Of a stretch of DNA of 64,000 nucleotides, positions 1-10,878 are shown one piece after another. Made by a program: the position numbers and the translations under genes. Origin of the DNA: Oceanispirochaeta sp. (GTDB taxonomy: Bacteria > Spirochaetota > Spirochaetia > DSM-2461); assembly GCA_963663385.2 (NCBI GenBank), contig CAXXXD010000004.1, positions 992,001 through 1,056,000 on the forward strand, written 5' to 3'. Under the pieces are notes generated by a model. The model was given only the letters and a program-made list of their open reading frames with translations, had not been told where the DNA came from and ran no database searches. The stretch's first letter is position 1; each line of letters starts with the position of its first letter.

Positions 1-1499
1 CAAAAGTATATGAAAGCGGCAACAGGGAGTTGGGAAGCAGATTGTTAAATGAAAATCTTATCCTGGTCTATGAAATGTCTGCCCTGTGGGAAAGAATGGA
101 TGGCTATATGCTGGCCTATACAAAGGATTCAACCGAAGAGAACCTCACTGTGATCAAAGACAGTCTGGATGAAATGGAACAGCTTTTTAGAAGGGCCGAT
201 TTGATTTTTGCGACTGAAACCGGACGAAAAACAATTAATGAAGTGCGTGAGCCCTTTCATCAGTATATTGATATGATCCAGTCTTATATAGAAGTTGTCA
301 GGAATGAAACGGAGACTGTTTCAAAAGGAAGTGCGTCCGGGGCTGTTGCCGCCCAGTTTGCCGCAGCAACAACCGATGTTCTGGGGGTATCAGTTGTTGA
401 AATAACAAAAAAAACCATTTTCCTTACTATTCTTTTTACAATATCGGCCGTTCTGTTTGGTGCCGTAGCGGCTACATTTATAACTCAGGGAGTAAGAAAG
501 CCCATTATTCAATCCCTTGATTTTGCAAGTGCTCTTTCCAAAGGTGATTTTTCTGTTCGTCTTGCAATCGACCAGAAGGACGAAGTCGGTCGATTGGCAA
601 GCGCCTTGAATGAGATGGTTTATAAAGTAAAAGATGTTCTGGAGGGGATTCAGGAATCTTCCGGACAGGTTACAAATGCCAGTAGTCAGATTTCCTCTTC
701 AGCTCAATCTATTTCCAGCGGTACCAATGAACAGGCTGCCAATATGGAAGAGATTTCAGCTTCTCTTGAGGAACTGAACAGTAATATTCAGCAGAATTCG
801 GATAACTCGCAACAGTCAAATGTTATGACAAAAACAATAGCCAGGGAATCCGGAGAAGGGGCTGTTGCAGTACGGGATACAGTCAATGCCATGAGGGATA
901 TTTCAGAGAAAATTAATGTCATTGAAGAAATCGCCCGGAGTACAAATATGCTTGCACTGAATGCGGCTATTGAAGCGGCCCGAGCCGGAGATGCCGGAAA
1001 AGGATTTGCCGTAGTGGCTGCTGAGGTACGGAAGCTGGCTGAGAACAGCGGGTCGGCTGCCAAGGAAATTACAACTATTACCAAGGAGAGTGTTAAAAGA
1101 GCAGAACAGGCTCTGGAGATGATTGAACAGATTGTTCCTTCTATGAACAAGTCTGCCGATATGATTGAAGAGATTTCCTATGCCAGTCAGGAACAGTCAA
1201 AAGGGGCAGAGCAGATTAACACGGCTATGATAACCCTGGATCAGGTTGTACAGCAGAATGCCAGTGCCGCAGAGGAGTTGGCTTCCATGGCTGAGGAGCT
1301 GGATGCCCAGTCCAGGAGTATGAATGAGGCCATCGGTTTTTTTAAGCTTGGGAATACAATTCGGAGACGACAGGAACAGGTTGAATATAAGCCGGTAGAA
1401 CAGAACAATGTATACGGAACTCAGACCTCGCCAGAAGTTAAATCAATCAAGGCTGATACAATTAGCTATAATCAGGATGAGGCGTTTGAAGATTTTTAA
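1..1499 (+). CDS. Methyl-accepting chemotaxis protein (5' end probably outside the window)
   Basis: TM helix, HAMP ([13 protein letters not shown]) and signalling motif [41 protein letters not shown]. Confidence 0.95.
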   Translation, partial: KVYESGNRELGSRLLNENLILVYEMSALWERMDGYMLAYTKDSTEENLTVIKDSLDEMEQLFRRADLIFATETGRKTINEVREPFHQYIDMIQSYIEVVRNETETVSKGSASGAVAAQFAAATTDVLGVSVVEITKKTIFLTILFTISAVLFGAVAATFITQGVRKPIIQSLDFASALSKGDFSVRLAIDQKDEVGRLASALNEMVYKVKDVLEGIQESSGQVTNASSQISSSAQSISSGTNEQAANMEEISASLEELNSNIQQNSDNSQQSNVMTKTIARESGEGAVAVRDTVNAMRDISEKINVIEEIARSTNMLALNAAIEAARAGDAGKGFAVVAAEVRKLAENSGSAAKEITTITKESVKRAEQALEMIEQIVPSMNKSADMIEEISYASQEQSKGAEQINTAMITLDQVVQQNASAAEELASMAEELDAQSRSMNEAIGFFKLGNTIRRRQEQVEYKPVEQNNVYGTQTSPEVKSIKADTISYNQDEAFEDF

Positions 1500-1587
1500 A
1501 TGCTCCTTCCGGAATCCCGCATATGGTATACCAAGACGTTGTAGGGGACTATTTCGATAAAAGTAATGCATGGCTAATCTTTCAATT

Positions 1588-1612
1588 CAGCCCTCAGTCT
1601 GAGGGCTGTTTC
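1588..1612. terminator. Intrinsic terminator hairpin between convergent genes
   Basis: CAGCCCTCAG-T-CTGAGGGCTG inverted repeat followed by TTT. Confidence 0.65.
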
Positions 1613-1653
1613 CATCTGTTGAAAAGGTGAACCATGATGAGTTTTAAAACGTT

Positions 1654-3654
1654 TTATGGAGCAGTCAGCCAGTCTATTTCATAAATTTTCAGTCCTGCGG
1701 AAGTTGCCAGATAGGCGTAGGAACCCATAACAGCTACATCATAAGCGGTACAGGCTCCGTCATTGACTGTGGAGGCTAGATTAATATTTACATTGGCATA
1801 GCTTCCGATTCCCTGTATCCCGCTGTAAACAGCATAATCCCCCAGTGCAATTATATTATGAATGGGACCGGGCTCATTTGTATCCAGGTTTTCACCCGAA
1901 GTTCCTGTTGATGAACCGGGGTAAAGATTGCTGGATATATCAAAATACTCTATTATGATATCCCCTTGATACTTTCTGATAAAATGGAGTGTTGAATCTG
2001 AATAAGACATACGCCCAAGGTAATGAGGGAAAGAGGGATCTGTATAACCGGCTGTTAAATTGGAACTGGGGGTTTCGTTAATCAGAAAAAGGGGACTGTT
2101 TATTTCTAAGTATTTTAGGCTGTCGACATTATTGATCAGGGCAATATTTTTTCCCGAAGTATAGTGATGGATAAAGAACATATCCCCAGATTCAGGGAAA
2201 TTGGCGTTATAGCCCAAATATTCGGGAGCTGACGGGTCTGATATGTCATACATGCCCCATAATGTCTGATATCTGTTATCACTGTCTCCGTCATCCAGGC
2301 CATTGTATGTTGTATCCAGATAGTAATCCATAAGCATATAGAGATAGTTTCCGTAAAGGAAGGATCTCAGACCGAAATAGGGGTGTGTTCCCGAGGATTC
2401 ACTTAACTTCACCGGGGTGGCGGGATCACTCATATCCAGAATAATAAGGTCGGGTGCTGTTGCATCAAATCCTTTACAGGTTAGAAATCCATATATGCCA
2501 TTAATGGTAAAATGTATGGGTTCTGCTCCTGTCTGACTGAAACTTCCTGCGGATGCGGGAGAAGCGGGATTCGTTATATCAATGATCTGCAAACCGGAGC
2601 CTGTACAGGAATAGGCATAATTACCGGAAACAGTGATACTCTTAAAATCTCCGGCGAACAGGCCCTTATAGTTTAATTGATTGAGGTGTTCTCCCGTTTC
2701 GGCTCCTCCCTGAGTACAGGCCATCTTTTCTATCAGTTCTTCCTCAACGGGTGCTTCCGTACTATAGGGATAAACATGATAGTAATAGGGGATCGAAGGG
2801 GTTTCGGGGTAGTGGAGATAATTTTTGGCAGTTATTCCAATCGTTTCCCATGTTCCGTCAAGGGACGTTGCCCGTTGTACAACATACTTGTCGGCATCCG
2901 TCAGTTCTGGCCAGAGCAGATCTGTCGAATCTGAATTCAGTGTAATAACGGGTGTACAGTTGAGAGGGGAGAGAGGCATCATATCCTTAATGGAAGAGGT
3001 AAGGATGGTATCATCGGATGCAGATTGCGCATAAATGTAGAAACTGTAGTTCTTTCCATTATCAAGATTTTTCCAGGTATAGGAGTTTTCCTGTTCATTC
3101 GATTCAATCTCAACTGTACCCAGGCCATAGTACAGCTCTTTTATCGAATAGACGTACGACCCGTCTGTATCAATCCCGTCCCAGGAAAGGGTGAGCTCAC
3201 CATTACCTCTTTCAATGGAAAAGTTGGTGATTTCACCGTCAGCTTTGGCATAGTTCAAATTCTCTTCTGTTATATTCCCATTCCAGTCGGTGGCTGTCAG
3301 TTTGACTGTAATCGGTCCGGAGTAGGTATCACCGTAGGTCATCAGTTCTCCGGAAGAAAAACTTCCGTCATCTTCGATTGTGAGGGTGATCGGATCGGTG
3401 ATGTCGACGATTTCCAATGTTAATGTACTGATCTTTCCACTTTCCCCATTGGCATCCAGATCGGTTACTGTTCCGGAAATACTGGTATATGCTCCATAAG
3501 CGTATCCGTCTTCAGGAACTAAATCAGTAAACTCTGGCGCAATATCATCATGGGCTTTTGAGAGCATCTCATCGCTTACAGTTGGTACACAGGATGAAAG
3601 AAGGACGGCAGATCCCAGAGAAATTACCAATATGATTCTGTTAAAGCTTTTCAT
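1654..3654 (-). CDS. Surface lipoprotein with Ig-like/fibronectin-III domains and LVIVD repeats
   Basis: Lipobox LLSSC; FN3-like segment (LTLSW...YSFYIYA); LVIVD-type repeats (SGNYAYSCTGSGLQIIDITNP, MGSYAYLATSAGLKIYEI). Confidence 0.75.
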   Translation of the reverse strand: MKSFNRIILVISLGSAVLLSSCVPTVSDEMLSKAHDDIAPEFTDLVPEDGYAYGAYTSISGTVTDLDANGESGKISTLTLEIVDITDPITLTIEDDGSFSSGELMTYGDTYSGPITVKLTATDWNGNITEENLNYAKADGEITNFSIERGNGELTLSWDGIDTDGSYVYSIKELYYGLGTVEIESNEQENSYTWKNLDNGKNYSFYIYAQSASDDTILTSSIKDMMPLSPLNCTPVITLNSDSTDLLWPELTDADKYVVQRATSLDGTWETIGITAKNYLHYPETPSIPYYYHVYPYSTEAPVEEELIEKMACTQGGAETGEHLNQLNYKGLFAGDFKSITVSGNYAYSCTGSGLQIIDITNPASPASAGSFSQTGAEPIHFTINGIYGFLTCKGFDATAPDLIILDMSDPATPVKLSESSGTHPYFGLRSFLYGNYLYMLMDYYLDTTYNGLDDGDSDNRYQTLWGMYDISDPSAPEYLGYNANFPESGDMFFIHHYTSGKNIALINNVDSLKYLEINSPLFLINETPSSNLTAGYTDPSFPHYLGRMSYSDSTLHFIRKYQGDIIIEYFDISSNLYPGSSTGTSGENLDTNEPGPIHNIIALGDYAVYSGIQGIGSYANVNINLASTVNDGACTAYDVAVMGSYAYLATSAGLKIYEIDWLTAP

Positions 3655-3657
3655 TTA

Positions 3658-5823
3658 TTACTCCTCTTCATCCAGAAAGATAATCTGCTCTTCCTGCTGT
3701 TCTGCCGCCCTTGTCGCGGAGTCTCCGGATGACACGGAGGCCAGATAGGAGTATTCCGCTGTTTTTTTCCTATCAATGGCCTCGGCAGACTTGAAATACT
3801 CGTTGGCTTCGCTGAAGTGTTCCATGGCGTAATGGGCTTTGGACAGGTTCAAATTTACAATCAAAGCGGCATTGCTTCTGCTTCTGCCCTGTTTTTCCAG
3901 AATCGAAAGGGTTATATTAAGCTGTTCAATGGCTTTGTTGAAGCGGCTGTTCAGGTATTCCAGATTGGCCAGATTAACCCGGGGGCTCAGGTAATTTCCA
4001 TCCAGAGCGATGGATGACAGGAAGGCTTCTCTTGCTTTATCCAGACTGTTGAATTCTGCCAGGGCGATTCCCAGTCTGTTGAAATTCTGTTTTGTTTCTT
4101 TCTCGGCAACCTTTTTATAGAATTCAGCCAGCACAAGATCGGTAATCCCGCTCATATCTTTACGGAATGCCATACTGATGCTCTCGCCGCTGCCGTATTG
4201 AAGCCCCAGGTCTGTTTCGGTCAGTCCGATGGGCCGGAATACCTTCTGCGCTTCTGCTGTTATATACAGCCGTCTTTTCTCTGGAGTATCCTCCAGTTTG
4301 TTCCATTGTTCCGCCCCGTTCTTCCAGGCTTCCAGAAAGCCGGTCTTACCCAGCAGGGTTATCTCCAGAGGGATCCATAACTCACCGTCAATATTGATTG
4401 TCATATCCCTGTCGGGATGAATCCTGCCGAAGGATCGGGCATCAGCTCCTGTGTTGAATGCCGTATAGATATGACCGGGGACCGTGATAAAGGCTGTAGG
4501 GATGCCGATTGTTTCCAGGAGACTCAGATACATAACGGTCAGGTCGTCGCAATCTCCCGTCAGTTTCGAAAGGGTTCGTCGGGAAAGGCTGACCGAATCA
4601 ACAATCATGTTCTCTGTATCCGATACGGAGGCAAAGGGCTGCAGGGGATCGGCCTGATAGATACAGCCTATTTCATTCAGGGCATGGTAGATCTGAACGG
4701 CACCCTGCAGTTTTTCGTTGTAGTTTGGAATCTGATCTTCCTTGCAGCTTTTTCGTATAAAACTGGTGTAGTTCTGCAGGGCGCTGTCGGCGGGTGTTAT
4801 AAAAGCTGCCACCTTTGTATCGTCATCCCATATCAGGGATGTTTTATCATACAGGTCGTAAGATACCGGGTAGGTCTGTTCTACTGGTCTGTTATTGAAT
4901 GTGTAGGAAACTTTTACCTCTCCCGTCAGGGGCGTAATCCCTTCTGTCAGAAAAATCTCCTTGTTAAAAACTGCTGTGAGGGGAACTGACAGGGGTTCTC
5001 CCTTTTCCAGACTATCGATTTTTTTTACAATAGTGGGACCGTCCATAAATCCGGACTGAAAAAAGGATATAGTCAGATCCCTGAGGGAGGATTTTCCTGT
5101 GTTTTCAATCGTGATGCTTCCCAGAGGATTGTCCCTGTAGTAACTCTGCATGGCCGCAAAGAGGGGCTGTATGTCCGGATCGGAAAACCGGATATTTTTT
5201 ACGGCTGCATCGGGAGAGTCCGGGTCTTTACCGAAACGGAAGGATATGGTTCCGCCTATTCCGAAAAAAAGGCCGTCCATTTCTTTAAAAACAGGATCCA
5301 GGGAGTATTGGTACCGAAGGGCCGGAACCAGTTCTATACTCATGTTATAGGAGGGACTGAGGCCTATATGGATGCTTCCCTGTCCCAGGGCGTATCTGAC
5401 ACCCGCCGGATCATCGTCCAGGTTCTCGTATATCCCCTGGGCCATCCCTCCGCTTAATCCAAGGCCGAATTCGAAGGTTTTGGATGTTTTATGATTGAGC
5501 CGGAATCCTCCAAGGCCAAAGTAATTCACGCTGTCCCATTTATCCGGTTCCAGAGTGTTCTGGCTGTCGAACTGGCTCATGCCTCCGGACAGTTCTGCCT
5601 GCAGAAGCGGCAGAGCTTTGAAGGTATAGCGTACATTGCCGGAGAGGTCGAATATATTGTAGGGGGTTCCCGTTTCGATTCCGGACAGGGGATTGAAAGC
5701 CGTGTAGTTCAGCCCAAGGGAAAAAGGGGTTCTGTAGTAGGCTGTATTATTGATTTTGCCGTCCTGGGAATAGAGGAAGGAACCGATTAGCAGTATACAA
5801 GCCAGAAGACTGATTCTCTTCAT
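3658..5823 (-). CDS. Exported multidomain protein: beta-barrel-like N-terminus, transglutaminase-like Cys core, C-terminal TPRs
   Basis: Signal peptide; amphipathic beta-strand N-terminal region; GDCDD...PGHIY...WIPLE motifs; TPR-like helices (NRLGIALAEF, VNLANLEYL). Confidence 0.65.
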   Translation of the reverse strand: MKRISLLACILLIGSFLYSQDGKINNTAYYRTPFSLGLNYTAFNPLSGIETGTPYNIFDLSGNVRYTFKALPLLQAELSGGMSQFDSQNTLEPDKWDSVNYFGLGGFRLNHKTSKTFEFGLGLSGGMAQGIYENLDDDPAGVRYALGQGSIHIGLSPSYNMSIELVPALRYQYSLDPVFKEMDGLFFGIGGTISFRFGKDPDSPDAAVKNIRFSDPDIQPLFAAMQSYYRDNPLGSITIENTGKSSLRDLTISFFQSGFMDGPTIVKKIDSLEKGEPLSVPLTAVFNKEIFLTEGITPLTGEVKVSYTFNNRPVEQTYPVSYDLYDKTSLIWDDDTKVAAFITPADSALQNYTSFIRKSCKEDQIPNYNEKLQGAVQIYHALNEIGCIYQADPLQPFASVSDTENMIVDSVSLSRRTLSKLTGDCDDLTVMYLSLLETIGIPTAFITVPGHIYTAFNTGADARSFGRIHPDRDMTINIDGELWIPLEITLLGKTGFLEAWKNGAEQWNKLEDTPEKRRLYITAEAQKVFRPIGLTETDLGLQYGSGESISMAFRKDMSGITDLVLAEFYKKVAEKETKQNFNRLGIALAEFNSLDKAREAFLSSIALDGNYLSPRVNLANLEYLNSRFNKAIEQLNITLSILEKQGRSRSNAALIVNLNLSKAHYAMEHFSEANEYFKSAEAIDRKKTAEYSYLASVSSGDSATRAAEQQEEQIIFLDEEE

Positions 5824-5979
5824 TATTTGACTCCCGAAAATGAGATTAAGAGGTTCTTCTTTTGTGCCTGAAACAGATTGAGACGAAGTCTTGGAATCCT
5901 CTTTTTTACTATTTTATACCATGTTTCGGGAAAATGCCCGGAAGGAATGGAAAATCCTGTTTTTTCCGGGCATAGTATA

Positions 5980-7584
5980 TTATGACAGTTTACCGACCGG
6001 CTCCGGAGTTCCGGTTGGTGCATTTTGCTCTGTTTCCTGAAACCTGTCATATTTCCAGGGTTTCCTCATAATCACCATCAGGGAGATGATGCTGAAAATC
6101 CCCAGAAACAGGGCCGGGAATCCACCCAGGTAGGACATCATCTTTATCCCGTCCAGACCGAGAGTGGTAATGAATACCAGGGAAACGGAACCGACAATGA
6201 TCCCCCAGAGTATTTTTATCAGAAGGGGCGCTTCCTGTCCTCCATCCTGAATACCTTTTGTGCAGATACCGGCCATGGCATTGGTGGTTGAGTCGGTGGC
6301 TGTGATGAAAGAGATCATGACAGCCACAAGGTAGAGAGCTATGATGAGACCGGAAAAGGGCAGTTCTCCCAGAACAGCATAGGCAGCCGCTCCAGATCCC
6401 TGTTCATTCATAACCGCAAGGATGTCCACCCGGCCTGTCATCTGGAAATTGAGAGTTGTGCCGGAAAGGATGGTCATCCATATGGTGCTGAAAATACTGG
6501 GTATAATGAAATTCATGGTTACAACTTCCCGTATGGTATACCCATAGGCAATTCTGGCCAGGAATACCGCGGAAACCGGGGCCCAGGCCATCCAGTTCGA
6601 CCAGTAGAACATTGTCCATCCCGAAGCCCATCCGTCTCCGGCAGCCGCACCGGTAAACAGGGCTTTGGAGAAAAAGTTGTCCAGAAAGCCGCCGAAAGCT
6701 TCTGTTCCCAGGCTGAAAAAGTACATGGACGGTCCGAGAAGAAGAAGCAGAGCAATAATGACGTAGTAGATATAGACGTTTATATCCGAAAGAATCCGTA
6801 TCCCCTTCATAAGTCCAGTTCCGGAAGAGATTATGAAGGCGGCAGTACCAGTTAGAGTGATCATGATCCAAAGCCCCTGGCTGTTATCAAGACCCAGAAG
6901 GGCATTCAGCCCGCCGCCCATATTCATGACAGCCGTTCCGAAGGAAGATGAGATCCCGGCCGCTACGGTGAAAAGTACTACCGCATCGATAATTCCGTTG
7001 ATTTTCTTCTGACGTCCTGCTGTTACAAGGGGGGCTATCTGTGATCCGACACTGAAGGTGCGGCGCATATTATAATAGGAAAAGGCAAAGACAATAACGG
7101 GAACCGCATAGATCGCATAGGGAATGAAGGTCCAGTGAAGGAACATGGTTTCCATGGCAAATTTGGCAGCCTCTGCCGATAGGGGTTCTATCCCCAGGGA
7201 TTCCGGCGGGTAAGCCAGGTGCCACATGGGTTCCGCCGTTCCCCAGAAGAGGATCCCTGCGGCTATGGTGGTACAAAGGGTGACGGCAAACCATGAGGTT
7301 TTTTTCAGGAGAGGTTTGGCATCAGGTCCTCCCAGTTTGACATTCCCGATGGGGGAGAAGTAGGTAAAAACACAGACAATTACACACAGGATTCCTGTTA
7401 TGCTGAACAGCCAGCCCATATCGGTGACCATAAAGTCTTTGGACAGGGTGGTAATACGGATAAACGCATTATAGTCGACAAAACTTAAAATAATGGTTAA
7501 TGCAAGAAGAACAAACGAGGGATAGAAAACCCATGGCCTTAATTTACTGAACGTATTGTCTCCTTTAATACTACGGTTTTGCAA
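5980..7584 (-). CDS. BCCT family transporter
   Basis: About 12 TM helices; GILFWGTAEP, FLHW and WTMFYWSNWMAWAP..FLARI BCCT signatures. Confidence 0.9.
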   Translation of the reverse strand: MQNRSIKGDNTFSKLRPWVFYPSFVLLALTIILSFVDYNAFIRITTLSKDFMVTDMGWLFSITGILCVIVCVFTYFSPIGNVKLGGPDAKPLLKKTSWFAVTLCTTIAAGILFWGTAEPMWHLAYPPESLGIEPLSAEAAKFAMETMFLHWTFIPYAIYAVPVIVFAFSYYNMRRTFSVGSQIAPLVTAGRQKKINGIIDAVVLFTVAAGISSSFGTAVMNMGGGLNALLGLDNSQGLWIMITLTGTAAFIISSGTGLMKGIRILSDINVYIYYVIIALLLLLGPSMYFFSLGTEAFGGFLDNFFSKALFTGAAAGDGWASGWTMFYWSNWMAWAPVSAVFLARIAYGYTIREVVTMNFIIPSIFSTIWMTILSGTTLNFQMTGRVDILAVMNEQGSGAAAYAVLGELPFSGLIIALYLVAVMISFITATDSTTNAMAGICTKGIQDGGQEAPLLIKILWGIIVGSVSLVFITTLGLDGIKMMSYLGGFPALFLGIFSIISLMVIMRKPWKYDRFQETEQNAPTGTPEPVGKLS

Positions 7585-7614
7585 AATTTCCCCCTTAATT
7601 AATTAAAATGCTAA

Positions 7615-7660
7615 AAAACGGTAAAACAGGAAATCCTCGATTTTCCTGTTTTAACCGTTT
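7615..7660. terminator. Stem-loop between kinase and BCCT genes
   Basis: AAACGGTAAAACAGGAAA...TTTCCTGTTTTAACCGTTT inverted repeat. Confidence 0.5.
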
Positions 7661-7680
7661 CCCAATGTAATTAAATGATG

Positions 7681-9117
7681 CTAACGATTGAAAATCTCGT
7701 GGGACCTTCTCAGAATATCATCTGTATCATCGGCCAGTCGACTGTAGACTTTCTCGTTGATCTCTTTATACAGAGCAACATTTTCCGGAATGGGAGAAAA
7801 GGTATCTCTTCTCCGTACCATATTATCAATGGCTTCCTGCCGGTCTTTATAGATTCCCAGGGCAAGGGCCGTACAAATAGCGGCGCCCATGCTGGCAGAT
7901 CCGTTTACAACATTTCTGTGGGCCGGAACACCGAAGACATCGGCGAAGATCTGCATAAACAGCTCTCCGTTGGAACCGCCTCCGCTGACAACGATGTTCG
8001 TCAGTTCCACTCCCCGTTCATCGCACATGGCCTGAGCGTGGTTCTTCATGGTCATGGCAATTCCTTCCAGGACGGAACGGAACATATGCGGTCCTTTATG
8101 GGTTCCGTTAAATCCTATCATCATACCCCGTTCATGGAGGTGAGTAGGGCGGGCCAGCCAGTTCAGAACGGTATACAAGCCGTCGCAGCCTGCAGGAATA
8201 TCTGCTCCCAGTTCATTCAGGTAAGCTTCCGGCGATATCCCTCTTTTTTCCGCTTCCCTTACAATGTCACTGCCCAAAAGATCTTTAATCCATGTTACGG
8301 TAGCCATGCCCCGCCGTATCCCGCTGCTTTCATAGAGGAATTCACCCGGTGTGGCTCCAGGATTACTCCAGTAGGCAACCGTATCCGGGTTGTTTTCTTC
8401 TCCCACCATCATGGATGTAATGTAGGTTCCAAGGGAGACGAGAACAGTCCCGTCATTAACCAGACCCGCTCCCAGTCCTTCAACAGCTTTGTCGTTGGAG
8501 GTAGAGACCACCGGAACCCCCTCCGGAATACCGGTCGCTTCAGAGGCAAATGCGTTCACTGATCCCATTACGGTAGAAGGATCAACCAGATCGAACAGCA
8601 TTTCCCTTGGCGTTGTGAAGGAATTGAAAACCTCTTCATCCTCATGCCACTCCAAAGTTGCTGTATCAATGGGCCAGGGGCCGACATAGTTGGATCGGGT
8701 ATCCTTTGTTTCTCCGGTCATCCGGTGAGTCAGGTATCCTGTCGTGGTTGTAACATAACGAACGCTGTCGTCCTCATGCTCATAGGGTCTGGAGAGCCTG
8801 AGGTCCATCCAGCTTTGTACGGGAGCCGCCAGATTTCCATCTTCCCTGATGAGGGCCCGGCAGCACCTGATGGAGCCCAGTCCGACACCCACAATATCCT
8901 TTCTATCGCCATGAAACTTTTTAAACATCTTTTGGCAGGCTTCTTTCAGGCTGTCCCAGAGATCATCCTCAGGATGTTCGGCTCTGCTGTCGCCATAGAG
9001 TTCAATGGGTCTCAATTTTACCGTATGGGAGCAGATTTCCGTTCCCGCCAGATCAAATATGGCTACTTTTGTACTCTGTGTGCCACCGTCAATGGCAATG
9101 ATATATTTATTTTCCAT
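7681..9117 (-). CDS. ygcE: FGGY-family sugar kinase, YgcE-like
   Basis: IDGGTQSTK, AEHPEDDLW, GVGLGSIRCCRAL match E. coli YgcE as I recall it. Confidence 0.85.
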   Translation of the reverse strand: MENKYIIAIDGGTQSTKVAIFDLAGTEICSHTVKLRPIELYGDSRAEHPEDDLWDSLKEACQKMFKKFHGDRKDIVGVGLGSIRCCRALIREDGNLAAPVQSWMDLRLSRPYEHEDDSVRYVTTTTGYLTHRMTGETKDTRSNYVGPWPIDTATLEWHEDEEVFNSFTTPREMLFDLVDPSTVMGSVNAFASEATGIPEGVPVVSTSNDKAVEGLGAGLVNDGTVLVSLGTYITSMMVGEENNPDTVAYWSNPGATPGEFLYESSGIRRGMATVTWIKDLLGSDIVREAEKRGISPEAYLNELGADIPAGCDGLYTVLNWLARPTHLHERGMMIGFNGTHKGPHMFRSVLEGIAMTMKNHAQAMCDERGVELTNIVVSGGGSNGELFMQIFADVFGVPAHRNVVNGSASMGAAICTALALGIYKDRQEAIDNMVRRRDTFSPIPENVALYKEINEKVYSRLADDTDDILRRSHEIFNR

Positions 9118-9141
9118 ATGCTTGCTCTTATCTCTTTTTTA

Positions 9142-9921
9142 TTACCGCATCAGGTATCCGCCGTCGACGGTGAGGACGGTTCCGTTAACATAATCGGAAG
9201 CTGTACTTGAGAGGAAAATGGTCGCTCCCATGAGGTCTGCCGTATCGCCCCATCTGTTGGCAGGGATATGGGCCAGGATTTCCGCATTCCGTTTCTCATC
9301 TTTTCTGGTCATTTCTGTCAGGGGCGTGGCGTAGTAACCGGGGGCAATCGCGTTTACCTGAATATTCCACTGTCCCAGTTCGTCGCACATTGCCTTGGTC
9401 AGACCTACTATTCCATGTTTGGTGGAGGCGTAGGCCGGTGACCACTGCCCGCCCAGGAAGGAGTAGAGAGAAGCAATATTGATAATCTTTCCGCTTTCCT
9501 GTCTGATCATGAATTTGCAGGCTTCGTGGATCATTTCAAAAGCGGCTGTAAGATTGATGGAAACCATTTTGTCCCACTCTTTCCGGGTGTACTGCGTTAC
9601 ATCCCGTACATTGATGCTTATACCTGCACAGTTTACAAGTATATCGATGCTTCCCCATGTTTCTACACATTCTTCAACGATTCTCTTGCATTCGCCGTCT
9701 CTGGTTATATCGGCTTCGAGGAATTTGTACTCAACACCGCAGCCTTCCACCAGCTTTTTTGTCGTTCCGTCATCGTCCACCAGACTGGGTACCATTACAT
9801 TGGCGCCCGCTTTGGCAAGGGCTGTACAGAAAGCCTGACCCAGACCTCCGTTACCGCCGGTTACGACCGCATTTTTTCCTTTTAATGAAAAAAAATCCAT
9901 ATTGAAATCTGTTACATCCAT
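9142..9921 (-). CDS. ygcW: Short-chain dehydrogenase (KduD-like), YgcW-like
   Basis: FFSLKGKNAVVTGGNGGLG, LGGQWSPAYASTK (YxxxK), HIPANRWG, DGGYL. Confidence 0.88.
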   Translation of the reverse strand: MDVTDFNMDFFSLKGKNAVVTGGNGGLGQAFCTALAKAGANVMVPSLVDDDGTTKKLVEGCGVEYKFLEADITRDGECKRIVEECVETWGSIDILVNCAGISINVRDVTQYTRKEWDKMVSINLTAAFEMIHEACKFMIRQESGKIINIASLYSFLGGQWSPAYASTKHGIVGLTKAMCDELGQWNIQVNAIAPGYYATPLTEMTRKDEKRNAEILAHIPANRWGDTADLMGATIFLSSTASDYVNGTVLTVDGGYLMR

Positions 9922-9932
9922 ATTATCCCTCC

Positions 9933-10877
9933 TTAAGATGTCTCTTCCATTATTTTATTTGTCAATTTTGTTATAAACGTGCTGGCATCGCCTTCTACCA
10001 CAATATCCGACAGGCTGCAGATCGGGGCGTTTCTGTTGGTATTGACGGAGATGATGTAATCCACATTCTTCAGGCCTTCCACATGCTGAATAGCCCCGTT
10101 GATGCCCACTGCAAAATACAATCCCGGACTGACCGTTTTTCCCGACTGCCCTACCTGTATGCTGCGGGGGACAATCCCCTTGTCTACAATGGCACGGCTG
10201 GCGGACACCTGTCCTCCCAGAGCCTGTGCCAGCGGTTTCAGACTGTCAAAATCTCCTGATATGCCTCCGCCTCCGGAAATGAGAACGCCGCTGTCGCGTA
10301 TATCGTACTCAATGATTTTTTCCTCACAGCCCAGCAAATTTATGCCCCCCCTCCGGTAAGGTAATTCGTCCGCTTCGATGATTTCGGTATGGACCGCTTT
10401 TTTCTGTTCATACGTAAAAACTCCGGAACGGACGGTCATCATGACCGGCCCGTCTCCCGTAACGGTTATCCCTGCCATGATTCTTCCGCTGTAGGCGGGG
10501 CGAACCAGTTCCAGCCGGTCTTCCGTCCGGTAAATTTCCGTTACATCAGCCACAATCCCGGTTTTAAGGCGCATTGCCACCCTGGGAGCCAGCATTCTCC
10601 CCCGGGGGGAAGCCGGCATCAGTATGCTGTCAAACTTATACCGACTGTGCAGACCGGCTATGATGTCTGCTGCGGCAGTTAGATCATAATCCCTGATATT
10701 ACTATCGCTTAATCGAATTACCGCATCGAACAGGCTCATCAGATCTTTCCCGTCTGCATTCATTACAAGAGCATATGTTCTATAAGGTTCCTCGCCGTAA
10801 ATCTGCCTGACTGTTTCAAGCAGGTCCACAGCATCATTCTGATAATCCTGTTCCGTAAAAATTAATGCTCTTTTCAT
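9933..10877 (-). CDS. Electron transfer flavoprotein alpha subunit (FixB/YgcQ-like)
   Basis: ASRAIVD, QVGQSGKTVSP, GINGAIQHVEG motifs. Confidence 0.92.
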   Translation of the reverse strand: MKRALIFTEQDYQNDAVDLLETVRQIYGEEPYRTYALVMNADGKDLMSLFDAVIRLSDSNIRDYDLTAAADIIAGLHSRYKFDSILMPASPRGRMLAPRVAMRLKTGIVADVTEIYRTEDRLELVRPAYSGRIMAGITVTGDGPVMMTVRSGVFTYEQKKAVHTEIIEADELPYRRGGINLLGCEEKIIEYDIRDSGVLISGGGGISGDFDSLKPLAQALGGQVSASRAIVDKGIVPRSIQVGQSGKTVSPGLYFAVGINGAIQHVEGLKNVDYIISVNTNRNAPICSLSDIVVEGDASTFITKLTNKIMEETS

Positions 10878-10878
10878 A

